A model generated the notes under the pieces. It was not told where the DNA came from and searched no databases. It saw nothing but the letters and a program-made list of their open reading frames with translations. The position numbers and the translations under genes were made by a program. This document shows positions 12,301 to 20,967 of a stretch of 64,000 nucleotides of DNA, in pieces. This stretch comes from a virus, in IMG/VR virus record IMGVR_UViG_3300043823_000671, positions 1-64,000 of that record; one strand, given 5' to 3'. Positions within the stretch are counted from its first letter, which is position 1, and the number at the start of each line of letters is the position of its first letter.

Positions 12301-14356
12301 TACCATTTCTGGCAACGGAACGACCGCCCTGGTTACCACGTCTTCGCCTCACGGTTTGCAAAACGGTGCGTACCTTGTTATCCGGGGTAACTCGACCGTT
12401 GGTTTCAACGACACTTTTGGTTTGAGTGTTGGCGGTAACCGCTGGATTCAGATTCTCGTCGTATCGCCAACTCAGTTCACCTTTGCTTCATCGGTTACTG
12501 GGGTTGGAATTGGCGGTTACGCATATTCAATCAATGTATTCGACCCATCCATTACCCTTAATTCCGTTCCTAATTCACCAGTTGCTAATACCGCATCTGC
12601 TTATCAGGGTTGGATGCCAAACGCAATCGTTGGTGTAGCACCAGAGAACTTTGTTGTCGCTAACCAAGCAACCCTCTCAAACAGCAACGTAAGCAACTCT
12701 GCTTATTCGGGCGTTTTTTACGTTCCTAACGGTACGAATATTGCGCTAAACGCCGGGACGGAAGTGACTTCACCATCAAACGGTCTTACTTATGTAGTCT
12801 CTGAATACACGCCAGCGGAAAGCACTGCTATTGCAGTTACCTTCGCACCCGAGAGCACAACGTCGAAAACTTTCAATGCGTTCCTCACCATGAACAGTCC
12901 GGTTTTGTCCCAAGTCTCTTCCGGCTTGTTCTATGTTGGTCAGGCTATTACCGGCGCAGGCATCCCAGCGAATACTTATGTGACTTCCGTGAACACCGGA
13001 TACTCAATTACTCTTAGCAATCCGGTTGAGGCTGATGGTGTATTCACCTTAACGTCATATGGGAATGCCTTGAGTGGCGCAACTGACCTCACCATCTCAG
13101 CCTCGTATGCGGTTCCAGCCTTCAGTTGGTCTAACGCAGTGGCGACAGATACGTATGCCCTTGGCTCGGTTATCTTCAAGGCTCTTACGCCACCCACGCC
13201 AACTGGGTATAGCGCAATCAACACCCTTATCCCGGCACTCCCGATTACTTTGGATAACAGCAACCTTAGCGTCGCTCACAATGCCCTACCGCTCCCCGCT
13301 ACAACCCCGACTAATGGGTTTGATTCTTTTTACCTTTTTGACCCCGCTGGGGACAACGGGACCCGAGAGTTGCAGGTCGGCTCAGACGCACCAACGCTTT
13401 GGTCTAGTTTTTCTGTTGCCGGTAACGCAGGTGACCAAATTATCAACGTTGTTTCGACGGCGGGTCTTGCGCCATCTTCCGAGTTGCTTGTCGACTGGGG
13501 CGGGACAAGCGAAGAAACTGTTGTTGTTTCACCGACATGGGATGGGACAAATGCGGTCGCAATTAGCACCCCGTTGCAGTATTCGCATTCTCAAGGCGCA
13601 CAGGTTTACTCAGTTGTTGCAGGTATTGCCGGACAGTTGCAGTACGCCCAGCAAGCGGGAACCCCGGTTGCGGTATTCACTTGGAATAATGCAGGTTGGG
13701 TCGGCAGTGGCGCTGTGGCAAATGACTATTACTTTTCCGTTAGCCGAAGCGAAGACGAAGGGAAAACCTGGTCTGTTCTTCCAAACCAAGGCTACGTAAC
13801 CCTGGATGAAACGGGCAAGGCGTACATAACGGACTATTTCGCCATACCCGGTGCCCCCACTTTTTACCAAGCAACGGGATACTACAAAGACGTTCGAGCG
13901 AACGTCACAATCCCCGGCGTGCCGACACAGCCCCTGTATGCGCCAATGGCTCAAACAAACTCTTGGTGGCTTTCGAGTTTCAGCAGACCAGACCTATACC
14001 ACTTCCCGATTCTCGTTCAAAACGGGCTACAGGAAGAGCAGAAGCACCCCGTCGGGGTTTTCTATCCGCTCGGTTCTTCACGCCCATACACAATCGCTGG
14101 TGTCGTACAGGGTCGTGACGCAACAATTGACATTGTTTGGAAAGACACCGTCAATTGGAGTTCATTCTTGTCAATGCTCAACCGTGGCGAAATAATGGTT
14201 CTTATTGACCCCGTTGAGCAAGAGCGTCGCTACGTTTTCGTCAGCGACAACGTTACTGCGACCCACAATTCTGGCTCCGCAGGACCTTGGCGTGACGTTA
14301 AACTCACCTACGTGGAAACTGCGCCCCCGAATTTTGGCTTTACGTACGGTTCGTAA
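6392..14356 (+). CDS. Giant minor tail protein (2654 aa) with Gly-rich domain and C-terminal distal-tail-like region
   Basis: GTG overlaps the upstream TAG; same GIPxxT repeats; Gly-rich block near aa 370-540; C-terminus (VGVFYPLGSSRPYTIAG...YVETAPP) resembles actinophage minor tail proteins found before DUF5047 genes. Confidence 0.75.
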   Translation: MGFQYEHSYATPVATADSGGPNSASVVVVNPLSTNSVTTSQTLTLSSPWVPAGNNGAPNISTSLYEPVVAGSSTLAISDASSFPMSGYPNVHQQGLGLLLPEIGRSAGDTPVGSTSINIVLTGQLPNVFPFNVSINGATFSVTSTSSTGGATFTTLNISSSTTIDIPDLSPVHFASLSIGTSYNILDTPMFYITSPISAGVPTPYISTSPLPCNIPFGTTIAITYGDYIETCLVGDDAMAGDTQLALATFAFQGVGTGVNSVVMTSGTINVSTFAEELGNTGIASAGTDTSSQAMSMAGMGMSVGTASGNSTSGIETGTVLFGGLASVALVGTASTTLSNSSLSFSTGGSASSSSSSASSSATTIQGIFTVVGGGGGSAGATGAGGGGGQVIDNSNITIPIGTPISLTIGSGGAILLDGGATSFMGNSANGGKAGVSGTGGNSGGGLLGGTMQFVDSGSGGGAGAGGAGGAGTGHATGATSRGGNGGAGFTSSLTGTTYAGGGAGWAPDVSGSAGSGQNNAGGGGNYGSGGNAGLIVLSIPATSPTPVFTGISPTQSSSNGRNIYTWSTAGTGTVTFGTTSSSSSSSSSASQLTGSASAGTTTVTFTNLVNAGYGAGSVSGIFQVQAGQAVVGEGVPPNTFVVGPVVQNGSSGSFNLNQPVSFTSTQANPTVYLATVVNSTTLQGSGSQTAFVLTDSTVGLTPKTVFFGAYIPAYDYEPSSGANGVFSSANAQGIVLLNQDLSIGQTLALYDGSSFVGTLTKGLNTITGVSSSAGIDIGQMLSGLGIPFGTTVTAVTAVTGGYTVTMSGVATSTQTQIGIMSQGATQTLKVALGQSKMTPHIHVEPFSPVYPFDNSSVLLAPFAFTLDTGDNIEVVYPITTPMPMNALGKAPYSISLATQTQNSHASGALLRFYQMPSPPNTADVVYRPDFSTSSGNYVYAPMGVDAHELSIYDGQMYREARISSIQGIYNIKGSPNGNDKTNISFIDSVTKETLPADQIPNANSVNGTTYAGGIRSLDPSRSPWTPQSFEDIQMVVEATVPPNGSITYNSLSVQVAYQTAPRPTSVWLSPSDTLIISPETSSSIEWTYSDLDGKPQGAFVVKIFDQFTYLSLDFSPETSTPIWSTQSNDTNLNKTSVLIADANGNTPPFISGQQYWAFVKVAKTFNQQPWFGEWMGAPFSVVVLQPQPALMSYNADGSSAVNGLIVQSSDNLLKDDNAEFSNSIGGWSPTQNDTSNTQLIDGTSGTVLGANISTKQTITSLPIGSIGYLVSPLPVSASSGSQFSVSGSMGTKTLAEGFPAVGSSFWVTIDSENILVNHISAGTSKTANVFQVLQRGYRNSTVTSHTANTSVVIGLQDDIYAGTEGSLYFLEVQTGTTSVYKPSASSKKLPTTSTAVVASSTPTTAGATLKVTKPTSSSNPNQFTVYDPNNALPVGTKGATFTLYGTNTTQQTQTKKVGGTTLSLSQNVTSSVTDVIEITGVVATAPTTLATYFPASFTARNIEGPGYCSSLPVQPGTGSPNVIASVIKAGNSLSVQTPDFKRSFSITLTKDWDRSKDSSIYFKPVFLYGTEFGLTIYVPNNETAKTVAQTTNSYLVPKGCLININVTTSTPTPYKIVSINNGWNNKGGFKNFQIKGSITLNGGGSGGSSGSGGTVTQVPYVHKYPHTMTFTVASNPSPATPSVSFGSAVFSAITFTATSTANSAILTSASGFGGLVIGSAITSANFPTGTVVVAIGTNTVTLNNPATTSATGATFTSNSFITMSGITSPQAVTANEYAGYLVYAYGVTPGTTIASNTACSATGTFAITLSQGSVIQDSTALTQISFAPVVGNTNIANVIPAGSTSIPVIPFTPDFDYPKYSAMTLKFPITTSAQQAMFGANIMKVQPTTNGYVEISTKGGSAPDSFVTDPDAVPVTPGVTYGLMGWSHVINGLSTPKFQPYILWYDAYQNPIYWDYGMNSLSASPVEISTISGNGTTALVTTSSPHGLQNGAYLVIRGNSTVGFNDTFGLSVGGNRWIQILVVSPTQFTFASSVTGVGIGGYAYSINVFDPSITLNSVPNSPVANTASAYQGWMPNAIVGVAPENFVVANQATLSNSNVSNSAYSGVFYVPNGTNIALNAGTEVTSPSNGLTYVVSEYTPAESTAIAVTFAPESTTSKTFNAFLTMNSPVLSQVSSGLFYVGQAITGAGIPANTYVTSVNTGYSITLSNPVEADGVFTLTSYGNALSGATDLTISASYAVPAFSWSNAVATDTYALGSVIFKALTPPTPTGYSAINTLIPALPITLDNSNLSVAHNALPLPATTPTNGFDSFYLFDPAGDNGTRELQVGSDAPTLWSSFSVAGNAGDQIINVVSTAGLAPSSELLVDWGGTSEETVVVSPTWDGTNAVAISTPLQYSHSQGAQVYSVVAGIAGQLQYAQQAGTPVAVFTWNNAGWVGSGAVANDYYFSVSRSEDEGKTWSVLPNQGYVTLDETGKAYITDYFAIPGAPTFYQATGYYKDVRANVTIPGVPTQPLYAPMAQTNSWWLSSFSRPDLYHFPILVQNGLQEEQKHPVGVFYPLGSSRPYTIAGVVQGRDATIDIVWKDTVNWSSFLSMLNRGEIMVLIDPVEQERRYVFVSDNVTATHNSGSAGPWRDVKLTYVETAPPNFGFTYGS

Positions 14357-14357
14357 A

Positions 14358-16013
14358 ATGTACAAAATCAGCACTCGTATGTCGCAGGCTTTGCAAGAGA
14401 GCCATCGCCCCATCATCGTTGTAAAAGTGAAGACGGTTCGTGGCGAAATGTTTAATGTCCCAATCACGCAGGGCTCGGTTTCAATCGACAGCACAAGCCA
14501 AGATGCCCGACGCACAATTTCTTTTACGGTAAGTGACACCGTGGGTGGGTCTAACGACCTGGGGCTAGTACCCACAACGGGAGTCAACTCAGTTTGGAAA
14601 GAAGCGCTACAGATTTATGGGAACCACATCTATGCATATCGTGGCGTTCTGTGGAACCCTTCAGAAATTGGACAAGACCTTTGGGACGCAATCCCTCCTT
14701 TGACAGACGCACAGCGTGCTCCGGCGAATGGAGCCTACGAAATAGTCCCAGTGGGAGTATTTAGGTTGAATACTGTAGAAGTTGCCGAACAAAGCGACGG
14801 TAACGTAGTAATCACCTGTCAAGGAACCGACGTATCGCATAACATTGGAATGAACCACTGGATTGCCCCTGTTACGGTTTGGAAAACCAAGTACTCCGCA
14901 CCAGTCAACAAAACAGATACCGGCACGGAAGAACAGTACATTGCCAGCACCGTTTTGGAGGCAATCAAAATATTGATTCGCAATCGTTGGCCCTCACGCC
15001 CGTCAAAAGTTCTTGGCGAACCCGTCTTTGACTTCCAGGGCGTAACAGATGCACCCCTCGCATCACCGGTCATCATGGGGTCTCGAACCGTGTCCTCGTC
15101 GGGCTCCAACTCCCCTTGGACCGACATCACCGCACTTGCAGATGCGGTTGGGGCGACTCTTTATATCGATGTCGACGGACGCTTTGTTTTGCGCCCAGTA
15201 CCCGACCCAAACGCACAGCCCGTTGTCTGGAAGTTTCTTGACGGTCAAGGCGGTTTGTTACTGTCCGCTGATAGGAAAATCAGCGATAGCAAGTCCGTGA
15301 ATTATGTCATTGCAACGGGTGAAAATACCGGGGCGAAAACCCCCCTCAAAGCAGTGGCTGTGGACGACGACCCAAACTCTCCAACATATTGGCAGGGAGA
15401 CTTTGGAATTTCTGTTGGATATGAGCCCGGTCGTCGGCGCCTAACGACTCAGGCAGAAACACAACTTGCCGCAAATACTTACCTCAACTGGTTTGTTGGC
15501 GGAGAAGAAACACTAACTGTTGGCGTTGTTCCAAACCCTGCGCTTGATGCGGGTGATGTCGTTGCGGTCCGTCGACACCGCATTGGAATTTTTGACGACA
15601 GCACCGTTTATGCAGTATTGAACGAGCAGTTTGCTGATACAAAAACCGCTTTGAAAACAATTAAAGTTGCAACGACGACCAAAGAAATCACCGCCGGTAC
15701 AACGCTTTTGTTTTACACTGACTACATATCTGATTCTGTTGTTGTCACGCAAACAGCGCCAATTGGCTCAACCGAACTTTTCGTTAGTTCACCATCTGGC
15801 GCACCATATGTACCCAATGCACAATATGGGCAACAAACGCCTCTCGTTGACCCCACGAAACCGAGTGATGGCTCTGTTAACTACTACATTGACCAAATCA
15901 CGGTACCGCTTGACCTGACAACGCCAATGCAAATAACAATGCGCCAGCGTCGAGTTGGAAGCCGACAGGACGCTATCCGTATTGGTGAGTACGATGTGGC
16001 AGGCTTGGACTAA
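14358..16013 (+). CDS. Minor tail/baseplate-hub protein (DUF5047-like)
   Basis: Start moved to ATG 14358, just after the upstream stop; motifs GSVSID..ARRT, VPVGVFRL, LYIDVDGRFVLRP, NYVIATGE, PNPALDAGD. Confidence 0.75.
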   Translation: MYKISTRMSQALQESHRPIIVVKVKTVRGEMFNVPITQGSVSIDSTSQDARRTISFTVSDTVGGSNDLGLVPTTGVNSVWKEALQIYGNHIYAYRGVLWNPSEIGQDLWDAIPPLTDAQRAPANGAYEIVPVGVFRLNTVEVAEQSDGNVVITCQGTDVSHNIGMNHWIAPVTVWKTKYSAPVNKTDTGTEEQYIASTVLEAIKILIRNRWPSRPSKVLGEPVFDFQGVTDAPLASPVIMGSRTVSSSGSNSPWTDITALADAVGATLYIDVDGRFVLRPVPDPNAQPVVWKFLDGQGGLLLSADRKISDSKSVNYVIATGENTGAKTPLKAVAVDDDPNSPTYWQGDFGISVGYEPGRRRLTTQAETQLAANTYLNWFVGGEETLTVGVVPNPALDAGDVVAVRRHRIGIFDDSTVYAVLNEQFADTKTALKTIKVATTTKEITAGTTLLFYTDYISDSVVVTQTAPIGSTELFVSSPSGAPYVPNAQYGQQTPLVDPTKPSDGSVNYYIDQITVPLDLTTPMQITMRQRRVGSRQDAIRIGEYDVAGLD

Positions 16014-17080
16014 TGGCTTTTGACTTCCGGCTTTTAGCGAACAAGATTGTCAACAACAACCAGTTCCGCCTGCCCCCAGCAGATGTTGCTCGTATGGGCG
16101 AAATCGTTGGTTATGACCCCGCATTCAATGACCTTGCAAGCGGGAACACCTACCCCTCGGTAAGCGTTTCTATTGGTGGAGACGTTGCTCCAATGCACGG
16201 TGTTCGTTTTGGAGAAACCTACGTTCCAAATATTGGCGACACCGTCATGCTCCAAACCTCTGGTCATGATGCATATGTCCTTCACGCTTTTGCTGGTGCG
16301 GACAAAGACACCATTGGCTCGGTCCGCTCCGCCTCTGGGATTCTTGCCCACTCGACTTCTTTGTCGCAGGGGTCCGCTGGGGCAAAGCCCGCATCTATTG
16401 TTACCAGCGTTTTGCCAGGTCGGTTATACCGAGTAGAAGTGTCTTCTGACTTCAATGTTTCTTCGGCGGGTCGGGCGAGCCAGGCATCCATCGATGTAAC
16501 TGCGCCAGACGGGAAGGTTCTCACACTTGGCAAGTTGAGTGTTTCGCAAAACACCAATTACACATTCCACGGCTTTGCATTGTGGAGCGATATGGACGCA
16601 ACAAACTGGGCATCAAAATATCCGCAAGTAACCGGCGTAAACCCCCAGGGGACATGGACCGTCGGATTGAACAATCACCAGTTCGACTCTGCGCTACCTT
16701 TTTCTAGCAGTAACGCAAATGGCTACATAACCGGAGACGTTGTTTCCATCCCCGCCTCGGGGAGCACGCCAACGACGTATTACGTCGCCCAGCGAACTCT
16801 TTATACGTACTCTTCGAGCAACCAGTACATAAACGGCGACGCCGTTATGTTCAATGGTGCTGTTTACCAGTGCATTTATTCCGGTTCTACTCTTCTGACA
16901 AAAGGGACGGCGCCCACCAACACATCGGACTGGCAACAGGTTTATTCCAGCGCAAGCCCGACCGCAGATACGTACGGGAAATTTTGGCAACAAGAGAAGG
17001 CTCCAACGACAATTTTGGGGACCCACTCAATCGTCGTTCATGACCTGGGGGTTGCTAACCCTCAGCCATTTAGCAACTAA
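16013..17080 (+). CDS. Minor tail protein with C-terminal carbohydrate-binding-like module
   Basis: TAATG coupling; N-terminal YVPNIGDTV motif; YSSSNQYINGDAVMFNGAVYQC resembles CBM5/12-type modules. Confidence 0.6.
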   Translation: MAFDFRLLANKIVNNNQFRLPPADVARMGEIVGYDPAFNDLASGNTYPSVSVSIGGDVAPMHGVRFGETYVPNIGDTVMLQTSGHDAYVLHAFAGADKDTIGSVRSASGILAHSTSLSQGSAGAKPASIVTSVLPGRLYRVEVSSDFNVSSAGRASQASIDVTAPDGKVLTLGKLSVSQNTNYTFHGFALWSDMDATNWASKYPQVTGVNPQGTWTVGLNNHQFDSALPFSSSNANGYITGDVVSIPASGSTPTTYYVAQRTLYTYSSSNQYINGDAVMFNGAVYQCIYSGSTLLTKGTAPTNTSDWQQVYSSASPTADTYGKFWQQEKAPTTILGTHSIVVHDLGVANPQPFSN

Positions 17081-17110
17081 AAAAACTAGATGCAAGGATA
17101 AACTTTTCTC

Positions 17111-17515
17111 ATGTCAGCCCCAGCCAGCCCGTACGTAGTCTCGGCTCTTATTGGGGCTATACCCGCAACTCTTTCAGCAACTGCCGCCTGGCGCTCCAGC
17201 CACAAGGGTCGAAACGAAGAAAAAGCAGACCACACTGAAGTAGAGGCGTCTCTACATACCGTCAACCAGAACCTTATTGGGCTCGGCAACGAAATTTTGG
17301 AAGTAAAGGCTCGTGTAGCCCAGGTCGACTTGCGCCTAGACACACTCAAGACCGGTATGGATGTGCGCTTTGACGCAATTGAAGATAAGGTGGAGAGGCA
17401 CCTCGGGTGGCATCGCTCTCAAGCCGAGGACCAACTACCAACAGCACTCATGAAGGAGTCAACCGGTGACAATGACACCAACCAGCACCCCAGAGTCCGA
17501 CCAGACTCTCTCTGA
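17111..17515 (+). CDS. Membrane protein with coiled coil (lysis/tail-associated)
   Basis: N-terminal hydrophobic helix followed by a heptad region; directly after the tail genes. Confidence 0.55.
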   Translation: MSAPASPYVVSALIGAIPATLSATAAWRSSHKGRNEEKADHTEVEASLHTVNQNLIGLGNEILEVKARVAQVDLRLDTLKTGMDVRFDAIEDKVERHLGWHRSQAEDQLPTALMKESTGDNDTNQHPRVRPDSL

Positions 17516-17774
17516 CCAAATCCCTCCGACCACCAGCACGGCGGTTGAGGTTGACGAAGTAGGTAACGAAATTGTTCGTTACGTAACACCCCTTATTGCG
17601 GGATGGCTTATCACCGCAGTTGCAAAGCATGGCTTGCGCCTGAGCACCGCAGAAGCGTACTCACGTGTCTACCCAGCCGTTTCATCGGCATACTTTGTAA
17701 TCGTTCGCTACCTTGAAAACAAAGTACCTGCGTTCGGTCGCCTTCTTGGAGTCAAGAAGACCGTCAAGAAGTAA
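17466..17774 (+). CDS. Putative holin
   Basis: Two hydrophobic segments (IVRYVTPLIAGWLI; AYFVIVRYLE..PAFGRLLG) and a basic C-terminus, as in actinophage holin-like proteins. Confidence 0.6.
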   Translation: MTMTPTSTPESDQTLSDQIPPTTSTAVEVDEVGNEIVRYVTPLIAGWLITAVAKHGLRLSTAEAYSRVYPAVSSAYFVIVRYLENKVPAFGRLLGVKKTVKK

Positions 17775-17786
17775 TACTTCGGTTTC

Positions 17787-17828
17787 AAAAAATAGCCCGT
17801 GGGTTTTTAGCCCACGGGCTATTTGCAT
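17787..17828. terminator. Intrinsic terminator between convergent genes (probably bidirectional)
   Basis: 14-bp stem AAATAGCCCGTGGG / CCCACGGGCTATTT with A- and T-rich flanks. Confidence 0.85.
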
Positions 17829-18422
17829 TTAGTCAGTTATTTTTACGCTAACCGAAGTCCCGCCCGGAACGTGGCTGAGACCCTCAACAATTTCTCCCGT
17901 AGTCGGGTCTATGACAGCATCTCCGGCAAAGTCGACAACCTTTTTGATTCCTGATAAATCTGCTTCTCTTTTTACCCGGAGCCAGTCTTCGTGACCGTTC
18001 TGCTCAGCCCAACTAACAAACGCATCGATATCTGCAACCGCAACCTTGCTCGCAACGGCTCGGCTCGTCACCACGCCATCGGGGAAATCAAGTGACTTGC
18101 GACCGTCCTGCTCATCCTCCCTAACCCTAAGAAGGTATGCCGAAAGATTGTTTGTGAAGTAGTCAATGTTCGGCTGAAGTCGAGATGAGCGGTATTCAGC
18201 CCAAGACTTGATGCGCTCGATTTCTTCCTTGGCTTGCCGGTTGACTTCGTCAAGGCGACGCTGTGCTCGTGCAAGTTGCTTTACCGCCCACAGCGCCTCA
18301 TCGTCGTTCTTGATTGCGAAGTTGGCATCACCGAAAACAAAACCTTCTGGCTGTCCTGCGGATGCTAAAAAATCTGAAAGTTCTGGTTCGTCAAAACTCT
18401 CTTGGCTTTCAAAATCTGACAT
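17829..18422 (-). CDS. Gam-like host-nuclease inhibitor (Mu Gam/Gp157-like)
   Basis: AGGAG RBS before ATG 18422; A.WA.K.L helical N-terminus, KSLDFPDG, RVKRE.D...IKK, TTGEIVEG. Confidence 0.75.
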   Translation of the reverse strand: MSDFESQESFDEPELSDFLASAGQPEGFVFGDANFAIKNDDEALWAVKQLARAQRRLDEVNRQAKEEIERIKSWAEYRSSRLQPNIDYFTNNLSAYLLRVREDEQDGRKSLDFPDGVVTSRAVASKVAVADIDAFVSWAEQNGHEDWLRVKREADLSGIKKVVDFAGDAVIDPTTGEIVEGLSHVPGGTSVSVKITD

Positions 18423-18510
18423 TGCGTCGCTCCTGTGTGTAGTCCTGTTTAGCATTAGCCAGGTTTAGTATACACAGAATGTGTGACACGGGAAAAAGTT
18501 CTCGGGGTGA

Positions 18511-18540
18511 TTGACACGGGTTTAGTGTTTGATGTATTCT
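18511..18540 (+). promoter_or_regulatory. Sigma70-type promoter containing a GGGTTTAG box
   Basis: TTGACA-N18-TATTCT upstream of the AAA ATPase gene; box at 18518-18525. Confidence 0.65.
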
Positions 18541-18580
18541 CTTTCTCAACGTAACCATAACCATTAGAAAGTGAAAACGT

Positions 18581-19483
18581 ATGGCTGTAAATAGTTCATT
18601 ATTCACCAAGGCGACCAAGGCTCAAGCCAAGGCTCGCATCGCACTCGCTGGTCCATCCGGCGCAGGTAAAACAATGTGGGCGCTGGAACTGGCTACCGCA
18701 CTAAAGGGTGATGGCGAAATCGCCTTCATCGACACCGAACGCTCTTCGGCAAGTTTGTACGCAGACAAGTTCGACTTTCAGACCATGTCAATGTCGCCTC
18801 CCTACGACCCGAACCGTCTCATCCAGGCGCTCAACAACGCCGAAGATGCCGGTTTCTCCGTTATTGTCATCGACAGCCTGACCCACTTTTGGTCCGGTAA
18901 GGGTGGCGTTTTGGACATCGTCAACCAAGCAACCTCAAAGGGCAAGAACTCGTACACCGCATGGGCTGAAGGCACACCCATCCACCAGGCGATGATTGAC
19001 GCCTTGCTTGCGTTCAATGGTCACGTCATCGTAACCATGCGCTCAAAGACGGAATACTCGATGGACAAGACCGCAAACGGGAAGACGGAAATCACCAAGT
19101 TGGGCATGGCTCCGCAACAGCGTGATGGAATCGAGTATGAGTTCACACTCTTCCTTGATGTCGACCTCCAGCACCGAGTCACTGTTTCAAAGTCACGTTG
19201 TGCACCACTCGCAGACCGCACTTTTGCAACATACGATGGCGCTGAGTTGATGACGGAATTCACCAACTGGCTCGACGCTGGTGACGCCCTGATTGACCGG
19301 AACCAAAAAGACGCCCTCGACGGCAAAATTCGCTCTCTTAGCGACGCTGGGCGACACGCACTCAAGGACCTCTGGTCCGAGGCGGGATTGCCAAAGGTAA
19401 CCAACCTCCCGGTGAGTCGTGTCACCGAGGCTGAGGAACTTATCCAGCGTGCTTTAGAGGCGACGCAGAGTCCGTCTGTTTAG
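18581..19483 (+). CDS. Sak4-like AAA ATPase (phage recombination protein)
   Basis: Walker A GPSGAGKT, IDTE, Walker B VIVIDSLTH, QRDGIEYEF. Confidence 0.85.
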   Translation: MAVNSSLFTKATKAQAKARIALAGPSGAGKTMWALELATALKGDGEIAFIDTERSSASLYADKFDFQTMSMSPPYDPNRLIQALNNAEDAGFSVIVIDSLTHFWSGKGGVLDIVNQATSKGKNSYTAWAEGTPIHQAMIDALLAFNGHVIVTMRSKTEYSMDKTANGKTEITKLGMAPQQRDGIEYEFTLFLDVDLQHRVTVSKSRCAPLADRTFATYDGAELMTEFTNWLDAGDALIDRNQKDALDGKIRSLSDAGRHALKDLWSEAGLPKVTNLPVSRVTEAEELIQRALEATQSPSV

Positions 19484-19516
19484 ACGGTCTTCAGCGGGGC
19501 TAGAAGCCCGTTTTTG

Positions 19517-19570
19517 ACCCCCGGGGCTGTAGCCAGCATCTTTCCCCTTGGCTGGTTGCTCCCCGGGGTT
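19517..19570 (+). other. Long hairpin with pyrimidine-rich loop (ATCTTTCCCCTTG)
   Basis: CCCCGGGG..GTAGCCAGC pairs with GCTGGTTGC..CCCCGGGG, with G-U pairs on the + strand. Confidence 0.6.
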
Positions 19571-19649
19571 TAAAAGTACTTTCAGGTGAACTTGAAACTC
19601 ACTCTCAGTGGGTGTAACTTCACACTCCCAAACACAAGATAGGAAGAAT

Positions 19650-20441
19650 ATGAGCGCCGAAGGACAGGCTTATGTTGAATCCAATTCCCCATATTCGGGC
19701 TTGACTTATTTGGTTCACCTTCGCTTAGGTATGCTCGCCAACGAAACCTACGGGTATCGAATTTTCATCGGTGACCGTCGTTTTGCGGAATTGTGCCGTT
19801 GCTCGGAAAAGACTCTCCAGCGTGCACGCCAGCAGATGATTGATGATGGTTTTTTAGCACTCATCAAGCCAGCGAGGGGTCAAAAAGTAGCCGAGTATCA
19901 GTTCCTCTTTCCCAAAGTAGGTGGACAAAATGACCACCTAGTAGGTGGACAAAATGACGAAGTAGGTGGACATCCTGTCCAAGTAGGTGGACATCCTGTC
20001 CAAATTGAGGACCCTACACCTATTAATAGAATTAAAGAAGAATTGAATGAATCTAATTCTCGTCCAAACGCACATCCGTTCGCTAATGAGTTCGAGCAAC
20101 TTTGGGTCATCTATCCACGCAAGATTGGTCGCAAGTCTGCATACGACAAAGTCGTAGCGCAACTCCGACGTGGGGTCGAGTTCAGCACGCTTTATCAAGC
20201 GACCGAGAACTATGCAAAACTTCGCTCTGGGCAAGAAGAAAAATACACACTGCACCCGAGCACTTTTTATGGTTCTTCAAACCGGTACGAAGATTACCTT
20301 CAGGGCGGAGCCGGGGTATCCGTTACTGCGACGCAAAAGCAGTCTCGCTCCGACATTGCTCTGGCTGAGTTCGTGCGACGCCGTGCGAGCGGGACAATCG
20401 ATACGAGCGGGATAATCGAGATTGGGGCGGGCGATGAATGA
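19650..20441 (+). CDS. Replication initiator protein (N-terminal HTH)
   Basis: ATG after AGGAAG; HTH region; C-terminal FEQLW.IYPRK.GRK.A and HPSTF motifs; internal iterons. Confidence 0.8.
   Translation: MSAEGQAYVESNSPYSGLTYLVHLRLGMLANETYGYRIFIGDRRFAELCRCSEKTLQRARQQMIDDGFLALIKPARGQKVAEYQFLFPKVGGQNDHLVGGQNDEVGGHPVQVGGHPVQIEDPTPINRIKEELNESNSRPNAHPFANEFEQLWVIYPRKIGRKSAYDKVVAQLRRGVEFSTLYQATENYAKLRSGQEEKYTLHPSTFYGSSNRYEDYLQGGAGVSVTATQKQSRSDIALAEFVRRRASGTIDTSGIIEIGAGDE
19916..20002 (+). repeat. Iteron array / probable replication origin
   Basis: AGTAGGTGGACA at 19916, 19940, 19961 and 19982, followed by an AT-rich stretch (about 20020-20060). Confidence 0.75.
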
Positions 20442-20967
20442 ACAAGAAACCATGGAAGTGGTTCGACTGCTTGGGTCTGCTTTCCCAAGTTGGAACGTAT
20501 CAGCAGACACCATTGAGGTTTATGCGATTGCTTTCAACGACGTGCCATATGACGTTGTGAGAAAAGCGTGCACACAGTGGATACTTACAGAGGAATTCCC
20601 GCCAACCGTTGCTGGCATTCGTAAGCAGTGCAGTTCCCTGATGGGTCTTTCCCCAATGCTTTCTCTGGACGCCTGGGGCGAAGTCATAGGGCAAGTCGAA
20701 AAGGTCGGTCACCGAGGACCAACTCGTTTCAGTGACGATGACACAATTGGTCTGACCAGAAAAGTTGTTGAGGCTATTGGCTGGGGGAACATATGCTTCA
20801 GCACGAACATCGAAACCGTGCGTGCCCAGTTCTTGAGACTCTATGATGAGGGTCGCAAGGCAGTGTCAAACGAGATACTTACAAACTTCAATGTGTACAA
20901 CGCACTGAGCGAAGCAAGACAGCAAGCCAACAAAGAGATAGCGCCAGCGAGAAATGAAATTAACTAA
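20434..20967 (+). CDS. Replicative helicase loader/inhibitor (G39P-like)
   Basis: Follows the initiator; FPPTVAGIR, AWGEV, AIGW, RAQF motifs. Confidence 0.75.
   Translation: MNEQETMEVVRLLGSAFPSWNVSADTIEVYAIAFNDVPYDVVRKACTQWILTEEFPPTVAGIRKQCSSLMGLSPMLSLDAWGEVIGQVEKVGHRGPTRFSDDDTIGLTRKVVEAIGWGNICFSTNIETVRAQFLRLYDEGRKAVSNEILTNFNVYNALSEARQQANKEIAPARNEIN

Noticed and set aside
1074-14195. Many short overlapping or antisense ORFs within the giant tail genes
   Set aside because: Shadow ORFs caused by codon bias; no RBS or motifs
19916-20002. Possible CRISPR array
   Set aside because: 12-bp repeats with 9-12 nt gaps, in frame inside a gene, no cas genes; fits iterons
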